64,000 nt of DNA, taken from an uncultured delta proteobacterium. GTDB taxonomy: Bacteria; Myxococcota_A; Polyangia; Polyangiales; Polyangiaceae. The notes under the pieces were generated by a model that saw only the letters and a list, made by a program, of their open reading frames with translations, had not been told where the DNA came from and made no database searches. A program made the translations under genes and the position numbers. This document shows positions 1 through 11,169 of the stretch, one piece after another. The stretch covers positions 1,568,001-1,632,000 of the forward strand of contig CAWKKR010000008.1 of the NCBI GenBank assembly GCA_963850305.1, written 5' to 3'. The stretch's first letter is position 1, and each line of letters begins with the position of its first letter.

Positions 1-1
1 C

Positions 2-790
2 GTGCTGGCCGACTCCACGCAGCTCGAGCAAGTGCTGCTCAATCTATTGATCAACGCGCGCGACGCGCTGAGCGAAGCCGGGCGCGACGCCAAGCGCGTG
101 CGCGTCCAGGTCGACTACGACGTTGCGCCGCCGCTCGGGGCATTCCTGCGTCCGGCTGGCTACGCGGCGATCCGCGTGAGCGACAACGGCATCGGAATGA
201 GCGCGGCGGTGCGGGAGCGCATCTACGAGCCGTTCTTCACGACCAAGGACGTCGGTCGAGGCACCGGTCTGGGCCTGTCCACCGCGCGCGGCATCGTCGT
301 CGACCACGGCGGCTTGCTTGCCTGTGAGAGCGCGGAGGGTCGCGGAACGACCTTCGCCGTGTTCCTGCCGATCGAAGAGCGCGGGCCCGTGCCCGAGCCG
401 CGAAGCCTCACACCCGAGCCGTTTCGCGCGCTCGGGCGCCCGACGATCCTGGTCGTGGACGACGAAGCGCCCGTCCGCGCCGTCGTGTCGCAGATGCTCG
501 AGCACAGCGGTTTCGAAGTCATCCCAGCCGGGAGCGGCCGAGAAGCGCTCGCCATCGTTGGCCGCGAAGACGTGCGCCAGCGCCTCTCGCTCGTGCTGCT
601 CGACTTCTCCATGCCTGACCTGTCCGGCAAGGAAACGCGCCGCGAGCTCAAGGTCCTCGCGCCCGAGCTCCCCGTCGTCTACTTCAGCGGCTTCCCTCTC
701 GACGACTGCAGCGACGTCGCCGCCTTCATCCAGAAGCCCACCACCTACAGCGAGCTCCTGAACACCGTGCGTCGAGTCCTCGAGCCCTGA
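2..790 (+). CDS. Hybrid sensor histidine kinase/response regulator, C-terminal part (5' end outside window)
   Basis: HATPase motifs [31 protein letters not shown] followed by a receiver domain (ILVVDDE, LLDFSMP, FIQKP). Confidence 0.92.
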   Translation: MLADSTQLEQVLLNLLINARDALSEAGRDAKRVRVQVDYDVAPPLGAFLRPAGYAAIRVSDNGIGMSAAVRERIYEPFFTTKDVGRGTGLGLSTARGIVVDHGGLLACESAEGRGTTFAVFLPIEERGPVPEPRSLTPEPFRALGRPTILVVDDEAPVRAVVSQMLEHSGFEVIPAGSGREALAIVGREDVRQRLSLVLLDFSMPDLSGKETRRELKVLAPELPVVYFSGFPLDDCSDVAAFIQKPTTYSELLNTVRRVLEP

Positions 791-811
791 AGCCAGCACC
801 CCTAGCTCGGC

Positions 812-1585
812 TCAAGGGACCCAGCGGGCCAGGATGCACGTGATGTTGTCAGGGCCGCCGCCTTCGTTCGCGGCGTCGATGAGACGGCGCGTGGCGGTCG
901 GGAGATCCGCGGACGTCGTGACGATGTCGAGCATGCGCTCGTCGGTCACGGGGCCGCTCAGACCGTCGGAGCAGAGCAGGATGGTGTCGCGGGCCTTCGG
1001 GGTCTCGTAGCGCGTGTCGACCTTGACCGTGTCCTTCATGCCCAGCGCGCGGACGATGACGTTCTTGTGCGGGAAGTTCTCGATCTCCTCCGGCGTCAGC
1101 TTCTTCATCTTCCGGTAGTCGTTGAGGAGCGAGTGATCTTCCGTGAGCTGCTCGATCTTGGAGTCCCGGATGCGGTACGCGCGGCTGTCCCCGACGTGCG
1201 CGACGTAGATGCCGTCCTCGACCGCGAAGAGGGCACAGAGGGTCGTGCCCATGCCGCGCTGCTTGGCGTTCTTCTGTGCGGTCTCGAAGATGCGTAGATT
1301 CGAGAGCTTCACGCCGGTGATGAGACGGTTCTCCTCGTAGCCCTTCGAGCGGTCCATCTTGTAGGGCCAGGTTCGCTCGGGGTCCTCGGACGTCGCGCCG
1401 AAGAACTCTTGCAGCGAGTCGATCGCCATCTTCGACGCGACCTCGCCCGAGGCGTGTCCACCCATGCCGTCGGCGACGATGTACAGACCGAACTCCGAGA
1501 AGATCGCGAAGTTGTCCTCATTGTGGGCACGTTTCCGTCCCACGTCGGTCTGACCGGCAACCTCGATCCTGAGCGGTTGATTCAT
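812..1585 (-). CDS. PP2C/PPM-family Ser/Thr protein phosphatase (Stp1/Pph1-like)
   Basis: Motifs TDVGRKRAHNED, VADGMGGH, HVGDSRAY, LCSDGL, GGPDNIT. Confidence 0.95.
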   Translation of the reverse strand: MNQPLRIEVAGQTDVGRKRAHNEDNFAIFSEFGLYIVADGMGGHASGEVASKMAIDSLQEFFGATSEDPERTWPYKMDRSKGYEENRLITGVKLSNLRIFETAQKNAKQRGMGTTLCALFAVEDGIYVAHVGDSRAYRIRDSKIEQLTEDHSLLNDYRKMKKLTPEEIENFPHKNVIVRALGMKDTVKVDTRYETPKARDTILLCSDGLSGPVTDERMLDIVTTSADLPTATRRLIDAANEGGGPDNITCILARWVP

Positions 1586-1726
1586 CCCGGATTCGAACCC
1601 AAATCAGACGCTATCGACCGGATTCTTTCGTGTCAATTCGAACCCGTCGCGGCCTTGGCCGCACAGGGAAGACTCTGGCACGGCGGCTCTTGACTCGGCG
1701 CGCCGTGGACGATGAACCCGCAGGCA

Positions 1727-2401
1727 TCATGGCTCGAGAGTTCGAATACCGGCTTCGCCGGCCACGATGATGCGATGGGCACGGCCCACGAAGAGACCCG
1801 AGTCCACGACGCCAGGAATCAGCGCGAGCCGCGATTCGAGCCCCGCGGGGTCGTCCACGATACCCGCATGTACGTCGTAAAGGAAGTTTCCCGCGTCGGT
1901 CATCCACGGGGCGCCGTCTTTCGAGCGGAGCTCGACCCGGCCGAAGAGCCCGAGCGCGGCGATCGTCGAGAGCCGGCCGAAGGGCAGGACCTCGACCGGG
2001 ACCGGCCATTTCTCCCCGAGGCGTGCGCTCAGCTTGGACTCGTCCACGACGATGATGTTCGTCCTGGCGGACTGATTGACGATCTTCTCGCGAGTATGGC
2101 AGCCCCCGCCGCCTTTGATGAGATCGAGCGACTGGCTCACCTCGTCCGCGCCGTCCACGCAGACGTCGATGAGCCAGGGACCTTCGTCCGGGAGGAGCGG
2201 GATGCCGAGGCGTGTAGCCTGCGCGCGGCTCGCCTCGCTCGTGGGGACGCCGCGGAGCTTGCGTCCCTGCTTCACGAGCTCCCCAACGCCGTCGATGAAG
2301 AGCTTCGCGGTCGACCCCGAGCCGAGCCCGACGATACCGTCTTCAGGGAGGAGTTCGAGCGCGGCGCGGGCCGCGAGCAGCTTGGCTTGATCTTGATTCA
2401 T
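1727..2401 (-). CDS. rpiA: Ribose-5-phosphate isomerase A
   Basis: GLGSGSTA, DGADEV, LIKGGGG..REK motifs. Confidence 0.96.
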   Translation of the reverse strand: MNQDQAKLLAARAALELLPEDGIVGLGSGSTAKLFIDGVGELVKQGRKLRGVPTSEASRAQATRLGIPLLPDEGPWLIDVCVDGADEVSQSLDLIKGGGGCHTREKIVNQSARTNIIVVDESKLSARLGEKWPVPVEVLPFGRLSTIAALGLFGRVELRSKDGAPWMTDAGNFLYDVHAGIVDDPAGLESRLALIPGVVDSGLFVGRAHRIIVAGEAGIRTLEP

Positions 2402-2466
2402 GGTGGGTCGCGCTGGATCGTTCTTGCGACATTCGCGCGCCGGCGGCAGGCCTTGCGGTCACGTAT

Positions 2467-3747
2467 TCACCGCTTCATGGCGGTCCGGCTGTCGGCGTCT
2501 CTGGGCATCACGTAGAAGAAGTCGCGCCGGTTGGGCTCGCGGATGTACTCGTCTTCACTGAACTCGAAGCCGTCAGCCAGTGCGACCGCGATCCGCTTCG
2601 ACGATTCCGCGGGCGCGCCCTTCTTTCTCTCGAACGTCACGAACTTCGGATAAGAGAAATTGACGTCGAGCTGCGCGACGGTGGTGGCTCCCGCGTGGTG
2701 CATGCCGTCCGCGATCGCGCGCGCCGTCGTGTGGTTGCTGATGCTGACGAAGAGGATTTCCCGGGTCCGATCGATGCCGATGGCGGATCTGCGGATGACC
2801 GTCTCGCCGTCGAGCGTCGCGCCCCACCTCTTCGCGAGCTCCGGGTCGGCGAGGCGGAAATGCAGGACATCGTTTTCGTACATGCAGACCGGCGTCTCGC
2901 GCCAGAAGACCATGTTCGCCGCGTCGCTCGCCAGCTCGTTCCAGGTCGCGATGCGGATCGAGTCGTCCTTGTAGCCCGCGATCGTGCAGACGCCTGGCTT
3001 CGGCTTCACGAGGAGCGTGTCGTCGGCGAACATGCCGTAGTGGCCGTGCTCGGTCTTGAAGCCACCATTGAACGCCGCGAGCACGCGATCGCGGCTCTCC
3101 TCGGGAATGACGCCGGGCCGCGGCACGTTCAGCGCGCCGTCTTCGGTCGCTTGAGGCTCTTTCGTGCCGGCCACGAGATGCAGGCGAACGCGGCGCAGGT
3201 CGATGGCCACGACGAAGACCTCCGCCCACGAGCGGTTCTTGTCCGGGTGCAGGAGCGTCTTCATCATCGTGACGGGGTCGTTCGGGCGATCGGGATCGGA
3301 CATCGGGACCCATTCGCCGTCGCCAGGCGCGGACCACTCCTTGAGCGCCGGTCCGACGTCCGCCATCGCGAATGGCGGCAGCACGACTTCCGCGGATTTC
3401 GATTCCGCTGCCGTTGCGGGCGCTGCCTTCGGCGAAGGCGCGGCCTGGCGGGTCCGGGGCACGCTCCAGTAGGCTCGTGGCTTCTCCCCGCGGCGCCAGA
3501 CTCGATCGACGCGGTCCTGCACGCGGTAGGCGAAGTCCTCGAGACTCGCGACCGCGTCCACCCCGATGACGGAGCGAAGGCCGTCCGCGACGTACGGTCC
3601 CAGCCAGCCCACCCGATTGACTGCGATCCAGAGCGCGAGGACCGCAGCTCCGCCGAGTCCCAGAACCACGCCGGCGACGCCGCCGGGTACCACGCGCCGC
3701 CGCCGTCGGGGCCTTCCGGATTTCGGGCTCGGGCGCGCGCCGGGCAT
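2467..3747 (-). CDS. Membrane-anchored protein, phosphodiester glycosidase (NAGPA/DUF2233)-like
   Basis: N-terminal basic stretch plus TM helix; AAFNGGF, RRSAIGI and QLDVN motifs; start chosen at ATG 3747. Confidence 0.6.
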   Translation of the reverse strand: MPGARPSPKSGRPRRRRRVVPGGVAGVVLGLGGAAVLALWIAVNRVGWLGPYVADGLRSVIGVDAVASLEDFAYRVQDRVDRVWRRGEKPRAYWSVPRTRQAAPSPKAAPATAAESKSAEVVLPPFAMADVGPALKEWSAPGDGEWVPMSDPDRPNDPVTMMKTLLHPDKNRSWAEVFVVAIDLRRVRLHLVAGTKEPQATEDGALNVPRPGVIPEESRDRVLAAFNGGFKTEHGHYGMFADDTLLVKPKPGVCTIAGYKDDSIRIATWNELASDAANMVFWRETPVCMYENDVLHFRLADPELAKRWGATLDGETVIRRSAIGIDRTREILFVSISNHTTARAIADGMHHAGATTVAQLDVNFSYPKFVTFERKKGAPAESSKRIAVALADGFEFSEDEYIREPNRRDFFYVMPRDADSRTAMKR

Positions 3748-3884
3748 CGCCCGGCAACATAGTCCAAGGACCGCGCCCGGGCCCATTCGCCGGCTAGGAG
3801 GACTGGCAGGAGACCCGTCTCCGGGCCGAAACGCCGACCATCGACTCAAGTGAGCGCTGTCATGGTGATAATAAAGAAACCTGG

Positions 3885-6800
3885 ATGAGCCTCGAGCGAT
3901 CCCGCACCTGGTGGCTCGTCTTCGTTGCGGTGCTGTGCGCCGCCCTCGGCGCGACACACGCCGCCCGCGCGGACCCGGACCCGGATCGGGACGCGGCTTC
4001 GGCGCCCGAGGCGCTGCCGGACCTGCATCCTGCGGCGGATCTCGGCACGCTTGCCGGGCGTTCGATCACGCGCATCGAGATCGTTACGCGAGGCGGGCGC
4101 TGGGCCGATCGGGTGTCGTTGCGGCGTGTGCGCGTCGGGGACCCCCTGAGCGGCGAAGTCGCGCGGAGAGCGTTGCACGAGCTGTCGGACACGGGCCGGT
4201 ATGCCGACCTCGTTGCCGAAGCAGAGCCGGACGGCGACGGGGCGGTGCTCCGGATCAGCGTCACGCCGAGGCGTATCGTGACCGCGACGCAGATAGTCGG
4301 CGGCACACTCGACGACGACGAGACCCTCCACGCGACCGGCATCGAGGCGGGCCGCGAGATCACGAGCGACGATCTCGCCAAGGGCGCCGCGCGGCTTCGC
4401 GCGTTCTACGCCGATCGAGGCTATCCGAAAGCCACTGCCGGCATCGACGCCATCGACACCGACGACCCGATGCAGGTCATCGCCGTGCTGCACGTGTCAC
4501 CGGGCGCGCCGCGTTCCATCGCTCGTCGCGTGCTTCGCGTCACGCCGTCGCCGTCACGGCGCCTCTCCTCGCTCGTCGACGACTACGCGGTTTCTGCCGG
4601 CGACCGCGCGGACGGCGATGCGCTCGCGCGCGCAGACGGAGACCTTCAGGACGCGCTGCGAAACAATGGCTGGGAGACCGCAGCCGTCGCGCATCGCCTG
4701 GAGGGAACGGGGCGAACCGCGGTGCTCTTCGTCGACGTCCGCGCCGGGCCCGAGGTCGAGATAAAGTTCGAGGGCAATCACCGCTTCGACGAGAGCGAGC
4801 TCACGGACGCACTCGATCTCGGAGACAACGAGGACCGAGCCCCCGGCACGCTCGCGGCCCGCATCGAAAAGTATTACGTGGACCGCGGGTTCCTGGACGT
4901 CCGGGTCACGCCGGAGCTCCGCGGCACGCCGAGCGACGCGAAGAACGTCCTCGTGCTCCACGTACGAGAGAACGAGATCGTCACCGTCATCCGGCGCGAA
5001 TATCCGTGCCTCACGGGAAAGCGCAAGGCGAGTGGGGTGGACGAGGAGATCGATAGCTTCCTCTCCGAGGCGTTGCCCGGGACGGGCATCATCGGTCCGG
5101 TGGATCCACGAGTCGTGGACTCGGTGCTCGGGCCGCGCAACCTGACGGGGTCGCGCGTCGCACCGCTGGAAACCAATCCGTGGCGGACCTACGTCGAGGA
5201 CGTCTACGACCGGGCCACGCGACATCTGCAAGAGCTCTATCGCTCCGAGGGATATCTGTCCGCGACGGTGGGGCCCGTGGCGCTCCTTCGCCGCCAGTGC
5301 AATCGACACTCGTCCGCCGGCAAATGCGTGCCCATAGGCGAGCTCATTCGACCGCTCGTTCAGTGTCCGCAAAGCGACACGGACCTGCCCGTCGCGGACC
5401 AGCCGCCGCCGACGCCGTGTGTCCCCGATCCGCGCCACGGGATCCGCTGCGAGTCGGGCGTCGTGCTCGAGATCCCCGTGAAGATTGGCCCGCGCGCGAT
5501 CTTGTGGGACGCCTCGTTCGAGGGCAACCGCGTGCTCGTGGAGTCCGATCTGGCGCGCATCGCGGATCTCGGCCTGGGCGAGCCAGTGTCGCAGATCGAA
5601 CTCGACCGAGCGCGCCGACGGTTGCTCGACGAGTACTCCGAGCGGGGGTTCGCCTTCGCGGACATCGAACAGCGTATCGAGCTCTCGCCGGATCACACGC
5701 GGGCCCGCGCGCGATTCATCATCAACGAGCGCGACCAAGTGAGGGTCCAGGACATCGTCGTTCGAGGCGCGCGACGGACGAACGAGGGGCTCATCTTCGC
5801 CCGCGTCGCGCTCGTCAAGGGAGGCCTCTATCGCCGCAGTCTCGTGCGGGCAACCGAGGAGCGGCTCGCCACCCTCGGCGTCTTCTCGAACGTCTCCGTG
5901 ACGCTCGAGGACCCCGAAGTTTACGCGAAGGAGAAGGTCGCCGTCGTCACCGTGCGCGAGCGGGCGTCCCAGTATCTGGACGTGCGCCTGGGCTTCAGCA
6001 CCGGCGACGGACCGCGCGTGACGTTCGAATACGGTCACCGGAACCTGGGCGACCGCGCCATCCGCTTGACGATCCGCGCGCAGCTCGGGATTCTTGCCGG
6101 ACTTTCTGATCTTCGACCCGACCGTGCGCGCTCACTTCCAGGCGCTGCCGCTGCAGCAGCGGCTGGAGCGGCAGGACACCGTTTCCGTCGAGTTACCCGA
6201 AATCGGGCTCGGTGCCCTGTTCCCGTTCGGCGTCGATCTCATCGACGTTCGCGACAACTCGCGCGACTTCGGCCTGACGAAGGACGCGGCGATCGTCACG
6301 CAGAGCTATCGACCGACGACGCGTTTCGTGACTCAGGTCGGCGGCTCCCTCGAGCGAAACGACGCCAAGATCTTCGCCGGAGAGACGATCGAACAGTACC
6401 TGGAAGCGAACCAGAGCTTCGGCCCGCGTCTGCGCGTGCCGGACGGCACGACCTTCGCGATCGCCGAGCGAGCGAGCGTGACCTGGGACCGTCGCGACAA
6501 TCCGTTCGACGCGACGCGCGGGACGTTTGCCTTCGCGAGCGTCGAGCATGTTCACGCGATCCCGATCGCGGAAAGCGAGAACACGCCGATCAGCGACTTC
6601 GTGCGACTCCAGAGCCGCATCGCCGGTTACATTCCGCTTGCCGACAACGGGCTCTCGCTCGCGCTCAGCTTCCGGTGGGGCCAGAACGTGCAACTCATCT
6701 CCGGCTCGAAGACATATCCGGATCGGCTGTTCTTCATGGGCGGAGTGGATTCGCTCCGCGGGTTTCTCCAGGAATCCTTGATTCCCGAGGACGTCGCGGA

Positions 6801-7146
6801 ACAGATCCTCCGTGACGAGAAGCGTGCAAACCAGCCCGGGGTGGATCCGAATTCTCTTCTGACGCCTGACAAGGTCGCCATTCGCGGCGGGGATCTCCTC
6901 CTGAATCCCCGCGTCGAGCTCCGCATCCCGCTCGTGGGTGCTCTCCAGACCGCGGTGTTCCTCGATACTGGAAATCTTTGGCTCGATCCCAAGACGGTGG
7001 ACCCGCTGAAGCTTCGTTACGCCGCCGGGACGGGGCTTCGAGCGGCGACGCCCGTCGGGCCTCTGGCTCTCGACGTCGGATTCAACCTCGATCGACGAGA
7101 CTGGGAAGATCCCTTTGCATTTCACTTCAGCATCGGTCTCTACTAG
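3885..7146 (+). CDS. Omp85/BamA/TamA-family outer membrane protein with POTRA domains (one frameshift near 6095)
   Basis: Signal peptide; POTRA-like repeats (FEGNHRF, YYVDRGF, LATLGVFSNV); barrel motifs FFMGGVDSLRGF, AVFLDTGN, TPVGPLALDVG; aromatic C-terminus FHFSIGLY; split over ORFs 3885-6815 and 6094-7146. Confidence 0.85.
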
Positions 7147-7157
7147 AAAAGGGGCCT

Positions 7158-7235
7158 TTCGGCGGGCTCGCTTCGCTCGCGTAGTTCCGCACCTCGTTGA
7201 TCCCTCGGGGACGACGCTGCTCGTCGATGCGGAAC
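7158..7235 (+). repeat. REP/REPIN-like dispersed palindromic element, copy A
   Basis: Core 7182-7235 is 52/54 identical to 45262-45315; closed by inverted repeat GTTCCGCA...TGCGGAAC; begins just after the Omp85 stop codon. Confidence 0.8.
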
Positions 7236-7352
7236 TTCTGACCCCCGCCTTCCGTCGAGGGCATCCGATTTCGTCCGGGCGCCTCGCGTTTTCGAGCCGG
7301 TGTCCCTGGTATCGCGAACGGGGTCGCCCTAGAGAGTACGACCTTCGCGCCC

Positions 7353-9161
7353 ATGTTCGCCGCCTCAGAGATTCATCCGAGTCAGATCCCGACCACGCTT
7401 TCAGGGCAGTTCCGCCGCCAGGCCCCCCGCTACGGGGTCGGTCTGTTGCTCCTGGCCACCTACCAGTACTCCCAGTATTGGTTCGACACGCACCTCTCGC
7501 GCGCCATCGACGCCGCCGTGCGTGGAGACGCGCACACTGCAGGGCGGATCGGCGCGGCGCTCATCGCCGTCGCGGTCGGCGCGCTCGTGATTCGCGTGCT
7601 CTCGCGGGTGAGCATCTTCAACGGCGGACGCATCGCGGAGTACGAACTCCGGCGCGCGCTCCTCCACCAGCTGCAGCGCCTCGGTCCGTCCTTCTACCGG
7701 CGCATGTCGACCGGCGACATCATGAGCCGCGCGACGAACGATCTCACGCAGGTCAGATTGCTCTTCGGGTTCGGCGTTCTCAATTCCATCAACACGCTGT
7801 TTGCGCTCGTGAGCTCGCTCGCCGTGACGGTCCAGATTTCCGGACGGCTCACGGTTGCTTCGTTGTCGACGTTGCCGGTGCTCCTGGTTGCCATGTGGGG
7901 GTTCGCGCGAGCGATGTTCCGCCGCCAGCGGCAGAACCAGGAGGCCATCGGAAAGATGAGCGGCGCCGTCCAGTCGAGCATCGCCGGCGTTCGGATCGTG
8001 CGTTCCTTCGCGCTCGAAGAAGCGGAGCTTCGGCGCTTCGAGGTCATCAACGCAGACTATCTGGAGAAGACGCTCGGCCTGGCCCGGCTCCGCGGGCTCA
8101 TGTTCCCCGTGATGCAGGCGATCACCGCGGTCGGCACGATCATCGTGCTCTGGTACGGCGGCTCCCTGATGCTCCACGGGCACATGAGCGCGGGAAACTT
8201 CCTCGCGTTTTTCCGCGCGCTCACGCGGCTGACGTGGCCGCTCATCTCGCTCGGATTCTTGACGTCGATGCTCCAGCGCGGACGCGCCGCCTTCACGCGG
8301 CTCGCGGCGGTGTTCGAGGCGACGCCGGACATCGTGGACGGCCCGCTGCCCGCGCCGTCCGGCAAGCTCGGGCGGCTGTCGGTGCGCGGGTTGACGTTCG
8401 CGCATGGGGAGCATCGAATCCTCGACGGCGTGAGCTTCGACGTCGCGCCCGGTACCCTCGTCGCGATCGTCGGCAAGACGGGCAGCGGCAAGTCGACGCT
8501 GGCGGCGCTGCTCCCTCGTCTTCAGCGGACGCCCGCCGGGACCGTCTTCCTCGACGACGAGGACGTGTGCGATCTGCCGCTCCCGTACGTCCGGAAGACG
8601 ATCGGGTACGCGCAGCAAACGGCGTTTCTCTTCTCGACGACGATCGGCCGCAATATCGCCTATTGCCTGGAAGATCCCGACAGTGACGGCGCCATGGCGG
8701 AAGTGGAGGGCGCGGCGCGCGACGCGCAGATCGCGGAAGAGGTCGAGTCGCTCCCGGACGGATACGACACGGTCGTCGGAGAGCGCGGTGTGCAGCTCTC
8801 GGGCGGACAGAAACAGCGCGTCGCGCTCGCGCGGGCGCTGCTCGCCGAGCCGCGGGTCCTCGTGCTGGACGATCCGCTCTCGGCCGTCGACGCGCGCACG
8901 GAGCGGGCGATCCTCGACGTGATCGAGAAGCAGCGAGCCCGGCGGAGCGTCGTGCTCATCACGCACCGGGTCGCCGCCGCGGCGCGCTGCGACACCGTCT
9001 TCGTGCTGGATCGAGGGCGCGTCGTCGAACAGGGAACCCACGAGGAGCTCATCGCGAAGGGCGGCGTCTATTCGTCATTCGCCGAGGAACAGCGCGTGGA
9101 GCGTGAAATCGAGGCGCTGGGCGGCGCGGCAGTCTCGTTCGCGGAAGCGGTGCCGGCGTGA
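7353..9161 (+). CDS. ABC exporter, fused permease/ATPase (MdlA/MsbA-like), first subunit of a probable heterodimer
   Basis: TM domain plus Walker A GKTGSGKST, signature LSGGQKQR, degenerate Walker B LVLDD. Confidence 0.93.
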   Translation: MFAASEIHPSQIPTTLSGQFRRQAPRYGVGLLLLATYQYSQYWFDTHLSRAIDAAVRGDAHTAGRIGAALIAVAVGALVIRVLSRVSIFNGGRIAEYELRRALLHQLQRLGPSFYRRMSTGDIMSRATNDLTQVRLLFGFGVLNSINTLFALVSSLAVTVQISGRLTVASLSTLPVLLVAMWGFARAMFRRQRQNQEAIGKMSGAVQSSIAGVRIVRSFALEEAELRRFEVINADYLEKTLGLARLRGLMFPVMQAITAVGTIIVLWYGGSLMLHGHMSAGNFLAFFRALTRLTWPLISLGFLTSMLQRGRAAFTRLAAVFEATPDIVDGPLPAPSGKLGRLSVRGLTFAHGEHRILDGVSFDVAPGTLVAIVGKTGSGKSTLAALLPRLQRTPAGTVFLDDEDVCDLPLPYVRKTIGYAQQTAFLFSTTIGRNIAYCLEDPDSDGAMAEVEGAARDAQIAEEVESLPDGYDTVVGERGVQLSGGQKQRVALARALLAEPRVLVLDDPLSAVDARTERAILDVIEKQRARRSVVLITHRVAAAARCDTVFVLDRGRVVEQGTHEELIAKGGVYSSFAEEQRVEREIEALGGAAVSFAEAVPA

Positions 9162-10996
9162 CGCAATCGACGGTCGCCCGCGCGCGCGACGCGACTCGCA
9201 CCGAGAAGGCTCTCCGGGCCTTCCACGAAGAGGGCGCGATAACGACCTCCTACGACGCCCGCCTGGCCGCGCGGATCTGGCCTTTCCTTCGGCCTTATCA
9301 GAGCCTGCTCTGGCTCTCGGTGGGTCTCGGTGTCGTGATGGCGCTGCTGTCGCTCGTCCGCCCGTACATCATGCGCGTCACGATCGACAAGGGCGCGCTC
9401 GCCAAGGATCCGCACGTTCTCTTCGAGGGCGGACTGGCGTTCGCCATCGTCATCCTCATCGAGCAGGTGTTGAACTTCGTCCAGGTCTACGCGGTACAGA
9501 TCTCGGGCGCGCGCGCGATGACGGATCTGAGGCGGGACGTGTTCACGTTTCTACACGGGCGGCGTCTCGCGTTCTTCGACCGGCAGCCCGTCGGTCGGCT
9601 GGTGACGCGGGTCACGAACGACATCGACGCCATCCTCGAGCTGTTTGCCTCCGGTGCGCTGAATTCCGTGGTCGATCTGATCAAGCTGGTCGGCATCGTC
9701 GTCGTGATGGTCGGGCTCGACTGGCGGCTGTCCTTGATCGGATTTGCCGCGGCGCCGGTCGTCGCCGTTCTCGTGTCGCTGGTGCGGAAAAAGTCGCGCG
9801 ACGCGTACCGGGCGATACGCGCGAAGACTGCCCAGATGAATGCGAACATGAACGAACAGGTCTCGGGCATGGCCGTGGTGCAGGCGTTCTGCCACGAGGA
9901 TGCCGCGGACGCGGAGTTCGACCTCATCAACGCCGAATATCGCGAGGCGAACATCAAGTCGGTCAAGTACGAGGCCGTCCAAGACGCGGCCATCGAGATG
10001 GTCACGGCTGTCTGTCTCGCGTCGATCGTCGTATCGCTCGGATACCGGCCGGTGAGCTTCGGGACGGTCGTCGCCTTCAACGCATATCTCGTCATGTTCT
10101 TCGAGCCCATCAGTGCGCTCGCGCAACGCTACACGCTCCTCCAGAGCGCGATGGCGGGCGCGGAGCGCGTTTTCGGCCTCCTCGATCTGGACGAGGCCGA
10201 CGCGCCGAGAATCGTGGAGCCCTCGGCGGCTCCGGTCGACGACGGCGCGTTCGCCTTCGACCACGTCACGTTCGAGTACAAACCCGGCGTGCCGGTGCTC
10301 TCGGACGTGGGATTTTTGGTGAAACCCGGTGAGAAGGTGGCCGTCGTGGGTCCGACCGGTGCCGGCAAGACGACGCTGGCGTCGCTATTGTTTCGTCTCT
10401 ACGACGCGACCAGCGGCGTCGTTCGTGTCGGCGGACACGACGTGAAGTCGCTGGATCGGCTGGCCCTGCGGCGGAAGTTTGCGGTAGTTCCGCAGGACGT
10501 CTTCTTGTTCCCGGGTACCGTCGCGACGAACATCGCCGTCGGCGATCCCGAGCCGGACCGGGCACGCGTCGAGGACGCGCTGCGGAAGATGGACGCGTAC
10601 GATCTGTTCATGCGCCGCCCGGACGGCATCGACGCCACGGTCGAGGAGCGGGGCGAAAACTTCTCGGCGGGCGAGCGACAGCTCATCGCGTTCGCGCGCG
10701 CCCTCTATCGCGACGCGCCGATCATCGTGCTCGACGAAGCGACGGCGAGCATCGACAGCGACACGGAAGCGCGGATCCAGCACGCGCTCGATGCGCTCAT
10801 GAAGGGGCGCACGTGCCTCATCATCGCGCATCGTCTCAGCACCGTCCGTGCCGCCGACCGTATCCTGGTCTTTCAACGGGGTCGCCTGGCCGAGCAGGGG
10901 ACGCACCAGGAACTCCTTCGACAGGGCGGTCTCTACTCGAAGCTTCACCGCCTGCACTTCGCGCGACAAGAGCCCGGCGTCGAAGGTGCGGCCTAG
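9158..10996 (+). CDS. ABC exporter, fused permease/ATPase (MdlB-like), second subunit
   Basis: Walker A GPTGAGKTT, FSAGERQL, Walker B IVLDEAT, IAHRLST; 4-nt overlap with upstream gene. Confidence 0.93.
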   Translation: MTQSTVARARDATRTEKALRAFHEEGAITTSYDARLAARIWPFLRPYQSLLWLSVGLGVVMALLSLVRPYIMRVTIDKGALAKDPHVLFEGGLAFAIVILIEQVLNFVQVYAVQISGARAMTDLRRDVFTFLHGRRLAFFDRQPVGRLVTRVTNDIDAILELFASGALNSVVDLIKLVGIVVVMVGLDWRLSLIGFAAAPVVAVLVSLVRKKSRDAYRAIRAKTAQMNANMNEQVSGMAVVQAFCHEDAADAEFDLINAEYREANIKSVKYEAVQDAAIEMVTAVCLASIVVSLGYRPVSFGTVVAFNAYLVMFFEPISALAQRYTLLQSAMAGAERVFGLLDLDEADAPRIVEPSAAPVDDGAFAFDHVTFEYKPGVPVLSDVGFLVKPGEKVAVVGPTGAGKTTLASLLFRLYDATSGVVRVGGHDVKSLDRLALRRKFAVVPQDVFLFPGTVATNIAVGDPEPDRARVEDALRKMDAYDLFMRRPDGIDATVEERGENFSAGERQLIAFARALYRDAPIIVLDEATASIDSDTEARIQHALDALMKGRTCLIIAHRLSTVRAADRILVFQRGRLAEQGTHQELLRQGGLYSKLHRLHFARQEPGVEGAA

Positions 10997-11003
10997 ACTA
11001 GCA

Positions 11004-11169
11004 GTAGTCCCGCATCGACGCGCGCGTCGTCCCCGAGCGACGAAATGCACTCGTTCCCGCGCCCGTCACCGCAACCGGCCCGACTTCCAATCGAGGCTGC
11101 GACGAAACGAGCGCGGCACTACGCGAGCGAAGCGAGCCGCGGGGGCAAGGCAGGCAAGACCCCCCCTTG
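11004..11169 (-). repeat. REP/REPIN-like element, copy C (inverted, expanded middle)
   Basis: Minus strand reads CAAGGGGGGG...CCTTGCCCCCGCGGCTCGCTTCGCTCGCGTAGTGCCGC...TCGCTCGGGGACGACGCGCGCGTCGATGCGGGACTAC, sharing both ends with copies at 7.2 kb and 45.2 kb; fills the gap between two convergent stop codons. Confidence 0.75.
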
